Shown: positions 21,741 to 33,797, counted from the whole stretch's first letter. The stretch: DNA of 62,598 nucleotides, filler included, from Asterionella formosa (GCA_002256025.1; 26 parts of 26 records of this genome joined end to end with filler, not necessarily neighbours in it), one strand, 5' to 3'. The notes: generated by a model from the letters alone, not told the origin. Made by a program: numbers and translations.

Positions 21741-24054
21741 TGCCACTAAGGCTGATATCCAGGCTGCCCTTGTGGCCTCCATTACCTCTTCTGATAATAA
21801 GAAGGAGCTTTCCATGAGCCTTCCACGCTTCAATGGGGATCCTACAAAATTCAATGAGTGGTTCACCATGTTGACCACCCGCCTGAGCACCCCAGTTTGG
21901 CGCCACATCCACCTTGCCTCTCCTGATGATCCTTCATATGAATCTCTATCCCAGGCATTGTATTTGGTTCTCATTGTGGCCCTCCATGACCAAGCTGCTG
22001 ATCATTGGCGCAGCCGTAATGATATCCTCCACAATGGTATTGGTCTCCTTGCTGAAGTCACCAAATATTATCGGGTCTCCCATTCCTACTCGCTTATCAA
22101 CCTTTTGACAGCATGGGATAATCTCTTCCAGAAGGATAAAGAGACACCCCTCCAACTTTCATTTCGCACCCGTGAACTTGTTTCAAAGGCAGCTGATGCT
22201 GGCCAATTATTCACAGAACCATTCATTTGTTATCGTTTTCTCTTGGCTCTTGGTCCTGCCTTTCATGCCTTTGTCCAACCCTACCTCTTACACCAGAAGG
22301 ACATCACCACCATGACCCTGGTCACACTGACTGCTTCTGCCAAGACATACACTGACACCCCTGGGTTTGACTCCTCCAAGATGGCTCACACAGGTCACCG
22401 TTCTGCTGCTCCTTCCTCCTCTGATTCCTCCTCACCCTCCCCAACCGCATGGATTGGGTCTACTTCCTTCAATACCTCCCAGGCCAGGGCTATGCAGCAA
22501 TTCAAATGCCCCATTCATCGCTGCAATCATCATGACCTTGCTGCATGTAGTCTGGTTACCTCCCGCTTCTCCATTGTTCCCAAACCTCTCTCCTCCTCTG
22601 GTGGTGGTCCCCCCTCCACCGCCCCACGCCCCACCACATCCTCCTCTACCCACCCTGCTGGTAGTGGTCTTCTTGGTTCTGGCCGGTTGGTTGGCGATGT
22701 TCTTCCTCCTTCTCCACCTGTGGTGCCACCTGCTGAGTCCTCTTCTCCAGCGGCGCCTATTCCTCCTTTGGTCTCTTCCACTCCCTCTGCTGCTGCCCGC
22801 CATGCTGTTTCCATGGTGTCTCATGCCCAACCCAATCCTTTCGCCCCACTGGACTTCTCGGAGGATGACTGTCCTGATTCTGCCTTTTCTTACCTTGACT
22901 CTGATGATCCCTGTCCTTCCAGTGTGGGCACTTCTCGCCATGTTCGCACTTCCCCGGTCCCCCCTACTTGCATGGGTACCCTCCGACATGTCACTCCAGT
23001 CTCCAACAAAATCTGCCCAGATTCTGGGGCCTCCGTTGATATGTTTCCTGACCGCCAATGTTTCATTGAATATGTCCCCCTTACTCACTGTTTTGTCCGG
23101 GTGGCCAACAATGATCATACCCCCGTCCTTGGTCGTGGTACAGTTGCCATTCAACTCGGGGACTACTTTGTCCGGTTATCGAACTGCCTTCATGTCCCTG
23201 GCCTTGATATCCCCCTGCTCTCCATCCGCGTTCACCGACGCCGTGGATCTGGGTGCACCTTCATTGCTGACTCCTCTGGCTGCTACCTCCATTTTCCTAC
23301 TTTTGCCCTTCCGGTTGATGACTCCTCTGATTGTCTCCTTCCTTTTTCCCCTGCCCCATTGGCCTCCTCTTTCTCCTTTGATGATACCTTGTCCCCATCG
23401 GTTCTAGTCCTTTCCGATCCCCCCTCCATTGCTCGGTTTGCACTCAAACGTGCAGCCCTTCACCACCACACATGGCCTGTCCATCGGGTTGTTCCTCCTT
23501 CACACCCCGCCTCGGACCCCTCCCTTCTCCGGCTCCCCTCCTCAGAATCATCCAAGATTATCCTGCCCCTGGATCCTTCTGCTGCCCCTGCCCCTCCAAT
23601 TATGACTTGTGAACGCCCTGAGTCTTTTGGTGCCCAGGTTCGCCGTTTTTCCTCCCATGATCTCCACAAACATTTTGGCAACCGCAAATTTCGTAATTAT
23701 TCCATCTTTACCAAAGTGGCCAATGGCATTTGCCTGTCGGAACATTTCGAGCCTCCCATCTCGGTTGGCGACGTTGTCAACATGAAGCGTGGTCCCTCTG
23801 GCTTACCCCTCCCTCGCCCTTCCTCCATCCTCCAGCGTGTTGGTGTTGATATTGGCTATGGTGATGGCATCAGCCCTGGTGGTTACCGCTACTGCCTTCT
23901 CCTGGTTGACCAATTCAGTCGCAAGACCTGGTGTTATGGCCTTAAGGACCTCACTAGCTCCTCTATCTCAGATTCATTCTGGCGATTTTTTGTTGATACA
24001 GGAAGTTTTCCCCGTGTCCTCCACTGTGACTTTGATCAAAAGTTTCTGGGGGGG
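21741..24054 (+). mobile_element. Ty1/copia (CoDi-like) gag-protease-integrase fragment, uninterrupted ORF, strongly C/T-rich
   Basis: Gag LPRFNGDP..F.EW, knuckle-like CPIHRCNHHDLAAC, protease CPDSGAS, LHVPGL..PLLS, integrase VGVDIGYG, LVDQFSRKTW, LHCDFDQK. Open at both contig ends. Confidence 0.88.
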
Positions 24055-24154
24055 NNNNNNNNNNNNNNNNNNNNNNNNNNNNNNNNNNNNNNNNNNNNTT
24101 AATTAATTAANNNNNNNNNNNNNNNNNNNNNNNNNNNNNNNNNNNNNNNNNNNN

Positions 24155-26058
24155 GTAGAGGCATCCTCGTGCCGATAACGGGTACATCCAAACACGATTC
24201 CTATCGCTTTGCTCATGATCAGCTTCAACAAGCTGCATATGATTTGATTCCAATCAAGGAAAAGAAGGAATTTCACTTATGGATTGCCAGGGAACTGGCC
24301 GACAGATTTACGGAAGAAAAACTATCTGAAAATCTATATCTGATTGTTGGGCAATTTGCCTTTGGCCATGAACTCATTGATGCAAAGGAGGAGAGAGAAA
24401 AGGTTGGTACTCTTTGCCTTAAAGCAGGACAAAAAGCAATTGCTGCTTCTGCGTTTCATACTGGATCGTCATATTTCACACTTGGAATTAAAGTGCTCGG
24501 TGAGCGATGCTGGCGTGATCACTATGTTTTATGTCTGTTGCTTCATAATGCGGCTGCTGAGATTTGCTATTGCAATGCTGATCTCGTCGAAATGGAGGCA
24601 CGCCTTAATGCCATATTTCGGCACGCCAGGAGTTATGGTGACAAAGTAATCGCATACTCTACTAAGATACTTTCACTTGGCGGCTACATGAAGCTACATG
24701 AGGCGATAGATCTAGGGTTGGTCGTTATGGAGAAGCTTGGAGAACCCCTGCCATCAGCGACTAAATATAATATTTTTCGGGAATATTTCAAGACAAAGTG
24801 GTTACTGCGTGGAAAATCAAATAATGACATCTTGAACCAATCGGAAATGAGAGATGACGAGAAACTTGGCGCAATGCGAATTTTGAACGTCATTTTTGCT
24901 TACGCTTTTTTTGCTCGACCAGAGTATATTGCAATTCTAGCCACGAAAGGTGTTCAATTGACAATGGAGTACGGCTTAAGTGCATCGAGTGCCCCGCTTT
25001 TTGCGGCTTATGCCGTAGTACTCTGCTCTAGCATTAGTACCATGGAAGACGGATATAGGTTTGGAAAATTTTCTCTTCAAATACTGGAAAAGTTCAAGAT
25101 AAATGCATGGATTCCCCGAGTGAACACCTTTATGTACAGTCTGGTTGCTTTCTGGCGTGACCCTATTCAGGGATGCATACAACCTTTATATGACGGGTAC
25201 AAAATAGGTCTCGTCACAGGTGACATCGAGTTCGCGTATATGTCGGTGGCAATGTATTCGTTCATGACTTTGTTCGCAGGAAAACCGTTGCCCAAGTTCT
25301 TGGAGGAAATGAAAACCTTTCTTGAAAATATGCTGACTTGTAACCAAGAGTCAGTTGTAGCGTTGTTCATTTCTCTGGTGCAGATGTGTTCTAACTTGCT
25401 TGGTAATAGTCCCGATCCACTTGTACTCACGGGCGAATTCATGAACGAAGAAGAAAAGCTCAAGTCGATTCGGGAAAGCAAAAATGGAACAGCTGAGACA
25501 AACGTTTACCTGAGCATTGCTTGGCTTGCATTGTACATGGGAAATTTCAAACTAGGTGAAAAATATGGGGTCATGACAAGGAATGCTGCTGTGACGATGC
25601 AATATTCTATAGGGAGAATCAATCAGTACTTCCTGGATGGAATGGCAGCAGTCATGGCAGCTCGAGCTACTGGGATGAGAAAGAAACGTCTTCAGACAGT
25701 GCGACACAGCGTGAAACAACTACGCAGAGTAGCAAAGGGTGCTCCTTTTAACTTTCTCCACTATGTGTGTCTTCTCGAAGCTGAAATGGCCGCTTTGAAG
25801 GGGAATGTTGATAATGCCAAATTGAGCTATCGAGAGTCGATCAATCTGGCAGTGAAAGAGAATTATTTACATCATTTAGGTATGTCATATGATCGACTTG
25901 CATATACTCTTCGCAAACATGGCGAACACAGAGAAGCCATTCAGTGCTATGTGAAGGCACGAGATGCCTACATGGAATGGGGTGCTAAAATAGTGGTGGA
26001 CCAACTGACCCAAACAATCACAGAATACTCACTATCATGTATTGATGATAATATATAG
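24155..26058 (+). CDS. C-terminal half of a COG3899-like AAA-ATPase/helical-repeat signalling protein (5'-partial)
   Basis: YRFAHDQLQQAAY, LKAGQKA..ASAF, GLVTGDIEFA, LLEAEMA and AYMEWGAK motifs, which I recognise from multi-sensor Ser/Thr kinase-ATPase proteins. Confidence 0.82.
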
Positions 26059-26807
26059 TACAATGAAATGTACCATAGTGCTTTGATAATTTTCTTCTGT
26101 TACTGTGGTGTTTTTAAATTGCTTTGTCAATGCAGTGTCAAAATTTGGTCCCTTTGGACTAGTCTAGTAACTATACTCACTCTTGTACCATGGTAACTGA
26201 ATAACAAAACTGAGATTTTGTCCTTGTTGTTTGAAGGTTCTCCAAGCATCATATCCCTGGATTTCAGCACCAGAAGTCACCATGTTTGTTGGGTTGATAT
26301 TTGGTTGACAATTTTCTTTCTTCCTGAGCTGATCATACCAGGAGGTGCCACATGGGCTCCTTATAACTAACCAAGTGTATAGTTTCTTAACACATGTAAA
26401 GTTATTTATGTTCCAAGCAACTGAAGGAAGTCGAAATTTAGGCATAAATCTACCTAGACTGCCGGNNNNNNNNNNNNNNNNNNNNNNNNNNNNNNNNNNN
26501 NNNNNNNNNTTAATTAATTAANNNNNNNNNNNNNNNNNNNNNNNNNNNNNNNNNNNNNNNNNNNNACAGTTTTCAGATTACCCCACCAAATCAGGTGCTA
26601 ATGATATTTATTCATAGGAATAAAAAGGTTTTGTGGAAAAAACTACAGTGATTTGATTGAAAAGCGATATGACCTACATCAAGAGTTCAGGCATACCAGT
26701 ATATATTGTCAGTGGCATTGACTGGAATTCAACTTCATGGAAATTGATTCTGTATGTTGACTCAAAATGACATCTTAAAATAGGCAGATTGCTACAGTTT
26801 CTGACGT

Positions 26808-27992
26808 TCATGACTTCCACGCATCGCTAGCTTCCGGTCTCTCTTCTTCCCACCACGTCGACGTCTTGTAGCCCGTTCGAAGAAAGTTGAGAGTCTTGCT
26901 CTCCTCTTCTAGGACGCCTTCTACACGCAGAGCCTCGGTCAATTGCTCCTTAAACTCGCCGAGACCCGGTCGGACATCGCACCCCACAACGCGACGATAG
27001 TTGCCCGTTCCAGTATCCAAAAGAGTCTGGAACTGACCAGGATAAGACCGGAACAAGCATCCTTGATAGTTGACCATAAACGGTGGCTTGGGGGTAGACC
27101 GAGAGTATTGGCGAGTTCGAAGGTAATAAACAGGCTTGACTGTGGAAAGAAATCGATCTTGGAATTCACGAGGAGGAAAGGCGGGGGCACCGAGATCACC
27201 ACGCAAGATATCCAATTTCAAATTGAAGAAAACAATTATCTTATCTGGTTCCAGTTTAGAAAGCTCTTCAATGTCAGGAAGCTCCTGCGCACTCGCAACA
27301 ATGCAAACATAAATATCGATACCCTCCACTGCGCGGACAGACCCCGAGCTTCCCTGGCCAAACAACGACAGCAAGATTTGTTCAGGCTTGAAAATACGAT
27401 CATCTCCTTCTTCGCTTTTTCTAAGACTAGAAATTGTCACACCGGGGTGCGGACTGGTAACTCCTCCAATGTTTTCAATCCCAATATTGGCTTCCGCTTC
27501 ATCAGGAAACAAGATGGCGACTTTTTGCTCCGGAGCGAAGTTTTTCGCGAAATCAATAGCCAACTTTAGATTGGCGTTAGCCACATCGTAGGCACTCACG
27601 TCGTCGAGCTCAAGAACGTTTGCGGGAAGTGGAGGAAACTGAGGATCAATAGTTGTTGTGTCAATAAGATTCTGTTCAACAAGGAAACAGCAAAGAAACC
27701 ACAAAGTACCTACCTCAACTTCAATGAGCTTGTGTCCGTCAGCAATGGCTAGTTTTGCAGATCGCGCACAGTTCATATTAAGTTCAAAGAAAGACTGCGG
27801 GGGTTTCTCTCTGTCTGCCTTGACCTTCACGGCCACTTTATCACCTGCCGATGGTGGAGGCACATTAAAGAGACGGGATGTCGAGGTAACAGATGTTCGG
27901 GAACATGTGGATGAAAACGCAAATGTCAAGGGAAGACAGAGCAAGGCACTTATCGATAGTTTCAACATATTTGCCGCCTGTTTAGTCTTCAT
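26808..27992 (-). CDS. LPA3-like / DUF1995 plastid protein; two exons (27992-27714, 27638-26808)
   Basis: Signal peptide then FA|FSS. Removing the 75-nt GT-AG intron gives LIEVEFPPL. FNLKLDILRGDLG..FP, PVYYLR, NYQGCLFRSYPG and STWWEE match LPA3-type proteins. Confidence 0.85.
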   Translation of the reverse strand: MKTKQAANMLKLSISALLCLPLTFAFSSTCSRTSVTSTSRLFNVPPPSAGDKVAVKVKADREKPPQSFFELNMNCARSAKLAIADGHKLIEVEVGTLWFLCCFLVEQNLIDTTTIDPQFPPLPANVLELDDVSAYDVANANLKLAIDFAKNFAPEQKVAILFPDEAEANIGIENIGGVTSPHPGVTISSLRKSEEGDDRIFKPEQILLSLFGQGSSGSVRAVEGIDIYVCIVASAQELPDIEELSKLEPDKIIVFFNLKLDILRGDLGAPAFPPREFQDRFLSTVKPVYYLRTRQYSRSTPKPPFMVNYQGCLFRSYPGQFQTLLDTGTGNYRRVVGCDVRPGLGEFKEQLTEALRVEGVLEEESKTLNFLRTGYKTSTWWEEERPEASDAWKS

Positions 27993-28429
27993 TATGAAGT
28001 AGCAGAATCAATGCATTGATTCCTTGACTCCTGCTGATCAAGTCAGCAACTGGTTGTGGCTTGATACTTTTCATACATACCGATACTGCTCTGACCGGTG
28101 GTAGGCTATAAATGCCAGTACCAAGTAGTACCGGTATGTAATGCCTCATGGTCGCCTGCTTACCCGTACATTTTTAACTGTATTCTCGAGTAGAACATCA
28201 CGCACTACCAGAGCCAGGTCCATGTCCTGGTACGTACCAGGTACTGGTACCATGAACTGGTAAAGTGCGTAAAGATCATATATTTTGTGGTTGTTGCCAT
28301 GTCATCCTATACGCATGTACTATCTGTGACTAAATACGTATGCACCTTGAAATATAGAAAACGAAACTACCCTCTATCGGCAATTTCTGGTACGTTTTCA
28401 ACCGGTTTTCGTCCTCCAAAGCCAGGCAT

Positions 28430-28820
28430 ACCTTGTATTGGGCGTCGCAACTTTTTCCAATACAAGGTATCCGTCATTTTATATTGCCAATACAAGGTAA
28501 TACTGACCAATAAAAGGTGAAATCATAGCGCAAGACCAGATGAACCTTGTATTGGCGAAATGTATGCAATCCAAATATCAAAAAAGGTGAATTCGAATCT
28601 GGGTCACTATCCAATTCAAGGTAGGCCTTTATTTCAAATTAAAATAAGAGCCAATAAAAGGCCAATCCTGTATTGGATTTCATATATTGCCAATACAAGT
28701 TCATAAATTCCAATTTGAGGGTAACGATAATTTACAATTCAAGGTATTCCCTGTATTGGGTTTTGATCACTGACACCACCACCACCCAATACAAGGTAAT
28801 AAATTCCAATACAAGTTGAC
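28430..28820. repeat. Array of about 13 CCAATACAAGGT / ACCTTGTATTGG motifs in both orientations
   Basis: Exact or near copies at about 28431, 28457, 28487, 28507, 28545, 28611, 28651, 28667, 28689, 28735, 28750, 28786 and 28806, with irregular spacing. Confidence 0.85.
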
Positions 28821-28976
28821 AAAATATCTAAATTGGTTCATAAAATATTATTTCACATTAAATATCATATATATATNNNNNNNNNNNNNNNNNNNNNNNN
28901 NNNNNNNNNNNNNNNNNNNNTTAATTAATTAANNNNNNNNNNNNNNNNNNNNNNNNNNNNNNNNNNNNNNNNNNNN

Positions 28977-29528
28977 ATCCTGGACTCGGAGTAATTTGGT
29001 GCGGCGTTCTCCAGTGATCGTCAGGTATTCGCAGGAGCGCATTGCGAAGAAAAAGGCTAGGATGGCTAGAGGACCCAGGCAAACATCAACCGGTGTAGCT
29101 TGGTGAAAATACAATTTTAAAATAAAGTCAATTGTTAACGCCCGCTGGTGTTTGACGGCTGGATCGGTATGTCTGTAGGCCGACAGCTGGAGGCGTAAAA
29201 TTCGGTGAGTTTTTCCGTGTATGTTGATAGTGGGGTCGGGTCGGTCATGCTCCACAAAGGTCGCCGAAAGAGATGCGATGGTATCGCGGACTGTTGCCGA
29301 TGCCAGAGGAGTGTCTCGATGTGCGCTGAACTCGGCTTGCCGGATGGCGTGCGCGAAGGCTCCGATGAGTCGGGTGCGGTGTTCCGGGGAGAGGTGGACA
29401 AGGAAAGGGTCAGTGGCAGCGCAGAATCCGATGGAGCCCAGGAATTCTTTCCAAATGCGGAAGACGCGAGTGTACTTCGCTTTGGTATTAGTTTGAAGCC
29501 CTTGGGAGCGCGCTCTCTCTGCGTCCAT
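28977..29528 (-). CDS. Tyrosine recombinase of YR retrotransposon copy 2 (3'-partial, contig end)
   Basis: Colinear homolog of 17255..17959, with LAFFFAMRSCEY. Confidence 0.85.
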
Positions 29529-31287
29529 AAGGTAAGTCTGGAGGCGATTTCGGTGGGAATCGGCGAGATGTCGAAATTCGGGGGAATCTGATGGGCAGCA
29601 GAGGATTGGAGAAGGTGTGTTAGTTGAAGCGACGAAAGGTGGTGGTCGCGTGAAAGGGAGTCGGCTATGATGTTGTCTTCTCCCGGGATCCAGTGACTGA
29701 AGCTACAGGCTTGTGTTGTGTCCAGTATGTCGGCGAGCCATCGTGAGATGGCAAGGTGGGTCGATTTTTCGTGTCCCTGGAACCTGGCTCCGCCGCGATG
29801 GAGCCAATAATCTGCCGTGGAGCTGTCGAGTTGGGAGAGAATACAAGCATCGGGTTGAATGTTCCCTGCCGCAGCCTCCATCGCGATGGTAGTGATTGAT
29901 GCCAGATATTCTAGGAGGTTCAGGGACAATTTTCCGCGGTCAGCCATCGGAATTTCCCACCTCCAGGCTTGGCCGGTCGTCAGGGAGAAACCGCCTATGC
30001 CGTGTTGGCATGCGTCGGCTCGGAGGAGAATTGTGGGGACGCGAAGAGTCAGCCTGTTGAGGCTAATGCCTCGTCGAGCGCTGCGGAGGAAACCAATCCA
30101 TTGCCGCAGTTCATCCGTTTGTAACTCGTTTAAAATCACGCTCTTGCCGCTGGCCCGTGCTCGACGTTCCGCTCGTCGAAGGTGACACAAAAAGGCTCGG
30201 GCTGTTGGAATGACATAGGAGGCGTGATTCAGTCTGCCAATTGTTGTGGCTAAAATTTCACAATCAACTGAGTGTAGCTGCAGGATTCGATCTATTTCTG
30301 CATTCCAGGATTTGAGTTTTTCCTGTGGCAAGCGCAGCCGAAGGGTGCGTGTGTTGACCTCCCACCCCAGAATGATCTTGGATTCTTCAGGGGAACCTTC
30401 GGCTAACATCTTGTCAAATGCTAGAAGGTCATCGCGTTGAAGGGGTTCGGTGTCGGCAATTGGGCGACCCAGTAGGTGTAGCGTAAGTAGTGTAATTCGG
30501 GAACCCTTCCATATTGGTGTAGGTAGGTCGAGAAAGCAGGTGAAAAGGTCGTCTAGATAGCAGTCGGTGAATGGTTCGAGGTCGGGGTAGGTCGAAACGA
30601 GTGTGGGTAGTGCGGGTTGACAGGGCGATTTGCTGCTGAGATAGCACGGTTTCCTAACATATTTGTGTTGGTGTGGGGATTCCAAGGTAGGAGTGGAATC
30701 CGGATTCCATGAGGTGTCACGTGTGATGAGGTTGCACGTGTCGCAGGCGATTTCGGATACGTCGCTCCACATGCTTGGGTTTGGTGCTCCGCCGAACGTC
30801 ATGCGTAGTGCGAGCAGGGCAATGTCATCTATAATGACAATCGCTTGTGAGGCTGTGGTACCGGATGTATGTAGGCGACGATATGCAGCTTTGATGTCTA
30901 ATTTAGTCATTAGAATGCGAGTATCTGGATTGATTTGTCGTAGTTCCACAATGTAGTGGATAAATCGCCGTAGAGCTGTGCCATAGCGACATGGTGTCAG
31001 TCTGTCGAATATCACTCGTGCGTTTACTGATGTCCCTTTCGAGAACTCAAATGACTGGTCGTGTGTCAATCGGTCTTTTGGGATTATTTCTCCATGCTTG
31101 TTTATCGTAGCTTGCGTCACTATGCCCATCGGAGCAACGACTGCATTGGGGAGTAAGTGAATTTTTTCGGGAGGTAGTGGTAGTTGCCAACCGCGTTCAA
31201 CTTCTTTGATCAGCAGCTTCTTGACCACGTCCCTTTTCGATTTCGCAGAGGAGTGATTGCCACGCGACATTGCCAAGGCCAGGTCAG
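29135..31287 (-). mobile_element. DIRS-order (Ngaro/PAT-like) retrotransposon RT-RNase H ORF, copy 2, uninterrupted
   Basis: RT KDRLTHDQS, KLDIKAAYRRL, LRMTFGG, CYLDD. RNase H ADACQHGIGG, LLEYLA, WIPGEDNIIADSLSR. Same 394-nt overlap with YR. Confidence 0.92.
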
Positions 31288-31387
31288 NNNNNNNNNNNNN
31301 NNNNNNNNNNNNNNNNNNNNNNNNNNNNNNNTTAATTAATTAANNNNNNNNNNNNNNNNNNNNNNNNNNNNNNNNNNNNNNNNNNNN

Positions 31388-31474
31388 CTTGATTCACAAC
31401 AGTAGCTGTATTGTTTGTTTTCATTGGCAAGCTTGATTCACAACAGTAGCTGTATGTTTGTTTTCATTGGCAAG
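31388..31474. repeat. ~44-bp tandem duplication
   Basis: cttgattcacaacagtagctgtat(t)gtttgttttcattggcaag occurs twice. Confidence 0.9.
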
Positions 31475-31856
31475 AGCAACCACATGATGATGGACCTATC
31501 AATTTGTTGCAACGAACTGGCATGCAAGTCACCATGATGGCTGGTACCTGGTACCACCAACTTCGGCGGCCATCAAAGGAGGAAGGGGGGGGGTCGTGAA
31601 AAGTTTATAAAAGTTTAAATATTCGACTATTGGTACCCGACATTCCGGTACCCTCCATGATTATGAAAGTCTAATAAAAATATTGTTTTGGTTTTGGTCC
31701 ACAGTTAGCACCGTCCTAATTTTCAGGAAGTAAAAAACGAAGATTCAACACCCAACACGTATCCGTTTGAGTCGATCATCGTATTTCGGGCACCGCAAGT
31801 CAGGGCCTTGCACTTACACAAGCATCATCTTCTTGATGGGCTGTGAGGAGGATGTC

Positions 31857-33569
31857 ATGAAGTTGATTGGCATCATGCTAAATCCCATCACCCCATGTCG
31901 ACGGGTCTTCACTGCTGCCCTGATGATGACGACGATGTGGCTGCTATTCCCTCCCGCTGTACTTGCATTTGCCGTTGTACCATCGAATCATCACTCTTGT
32001 GAATTCTTCGTGCCCCTACGAACCACCGTCTCGTCAAACTCAGTGATGTATTACTATCATTCATCATTTCCGGTTGTCGCTGACACGACGAGAACGAGAC
32101 GATTGCCACTACCACCAAGGACGCCAACATCTACTACTACACAATTAAAACTGTCCAAACTACCTACTGATTCCTCCGAAAGCAACGACACCACCGCCAC
32201 CAACGACAGCAATAACAACAACAACTGGTTGCTATCACTGTGCATTCCCCTCTGGCTTGTATACATTTCAAATCAATGGAGCAGGTCATCTCTGTACTAT
32301 TTAGTCGACTTTTCTGGCACTGCCTCACCAGTCCAAGCCATGAATGTCGATTTAAGCTTCTCTCAATCACAATATGGCCTTTTGGCAAGCATTGCCTTTA
32401 CATCGCTATTCGCAATTGCATCACTAGGTGCGGGGATTGCTTCCGATCGATACAATCGAAAGACATTGACCATTGTGTCAGCTCTCATGTGGAGTGGAGC
32501 CACCATGGGGACATCCCTATCAAACACATACGAGCAAGTCGTTTTATGGAGAATTGCCATGGGACTAGCATGTGCCTTTTCCACACCGACAGCCTACACA
32601 TTGATTCAACAACTTGTACCCAAGGATAAAACAGCCTTGGCATCAAGCTTTTATGGAACAGGAGTGGCTCTAGGAGGGGCATTTGCATCACTGTCTATTT
32701 TATTAGATACACAGCTGGGTTGGAGACATGCATTGTGGGTTATTTCTGGATTTGGTGTTGTCACTTCGCTCACAGCACTGCTCCTCTTGCCGAATGATCC
32801 AAAAGAAGCTGACCAACAACAAAATTTAGTCACCAACAAGACTGACAACAAAGATGGGAGTTACGAGAAACCCTCCTCAACCAATGACCTTACAAACCAA
32901 GTCGTTGAGATATTCTCAACACCTCGAATCCAATGGCTCTACTTAGGAACCTTTCTTAGATTCTGCTCTGGACTCATGATTGGTGTGTGGTCTGCACCAT
33001 ACTTCCGAATGGTCTTTTCTGAAAATCAAGCAGATTATGCCGTTGCTCAAGCTGCCATTACTGCTGGATGCGGTGTCGTGAGTGGATTGTTGGGTGGATA
33101 CATTGCTGACAAAATATCTTCATCATCCAACAACAAGGACGTTGGAAGTAAATTATGGGTCCCTGTTGTTGGATCACTCCTGGCTGCACCAGCATGGTAC
33201 TTGTCAGTACATTCAGAAGGATCCTTTTCTACTGCCATGACATGGTTAGCACTGGAATATTTTGTGGCAGAATGCTGGTTTGGACCAACAGTAAGTGTCT
33301 TGCAATCCACAGTAGGGCCAGCCATTGGTGGGACAGCCCAAGGGATATTTACTCTTACAGGGGCTGTGGGGAACTTGGCCCCAAGTTTATTGGGATACTT
33401 GTATGCAACAATGAGTCCAACATTAGGTGATGAATCTTCCTCCACCTTGGCTACACTATTGTCTGTTGGAATTTGTGGGGGATACATTTCAAGTGCAGCC
33501 TGCTTTGTGATTGCCTCTCAATGTACTCCACCATTGTTAGAGGAAGAACAACAAATGGATGACAAATGA
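31857..33569 (+). CDS. Major facilitator superfamily transporter (Spinster-like), probable bipartite plastid presequence
   Basis: MFS motif A GIASDRYNRK and second-half GYIADK, about 12 hydrophobic segments, WLLFPPAVLA|FAVVPS then a Ser/Thr/Arg-rich stretch. Start codon uncertain: the track's 31767 is TTG; ATG options at 31836, 31857 and 31923. Confidence 0.85.
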   Translation: MKLIGIMLNPITPCRRVFTAALMMTTMWLLFPPAVLAFAVVPSNHHSCEFFVPLRTTVSSNSVMYYYHSSFPVVADTTRTRRLPLPPRTPTSTTTQLKLSKLPTDSSESNDTTATNDSNNNNNWLLSLCIPLWLVYISNQWSRSSLYYLVDFSGTASPVQAMNVDLSFSQSQYGLLASIAFTSLFAIASLGAGIASDRYNRKTLTIVSALMWSGATMGTSLSNTYEQVVLWRIAMGLACAFSTPTAYTLIQQLVPKDKTALASSFYGTGVALGGAFASLSILLDTQLGWRHALWVISGFGVVTSLTALLLLPNDPKEADQQQNLVTNKTDNKDGSYEKPSSTNDLTNQVVEIFSTPRIQWLYLGTFLRFCSGLMIGVWSAPYFRMVFSENQADYAVAQAAITAGCGVVSGLLGGYIADKISSSSNNKDVGSKLWVPVVGSLLAAPAWYLSVHSEGSFSTAMTWLALEYFVAECWFGPTVSVLQSTVGPAIGGTAQGIFTLTGAVGNLAPSLLGYLYATMSPTLGDESSSTLATLLSVGICGGYISSAACFVIASQCTPPLLEEEQQMDDK

Positions 33570-33797
33570 GAGGCAATAAATAGTACAGGACTCGAATTAT
33601 CTCTATGTGGATTAGCGGTTGGTTATTCCAACATGGGCACCATTCAAATAAAGGCACAACACAAATACATGTAAAGCAAAACATGAAAAGATAATACNNN
33701 NNNNNNNNNNNNNNNNNNNNNNNNNNNNNNNNNNNNNNNNNTTAATTAATTAANNNNNNNNNNNNNNNNNNNNNNNNNNNNNNNNNNNNNNNNNNNN

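Noticed and set aside
22367..23407. 346-aa alternative-frame ORF and antisense ORFs in the C/T-rich copia
   Set aside because: Low A content suppresses stop codons, and no domain motifs are present.
28430..28820. CRISPR interpretation of the CCAATACAAGGT array
   Set aside because: The motif is only 11-12 bp, occurs in both orientations and is irregularly spaced.
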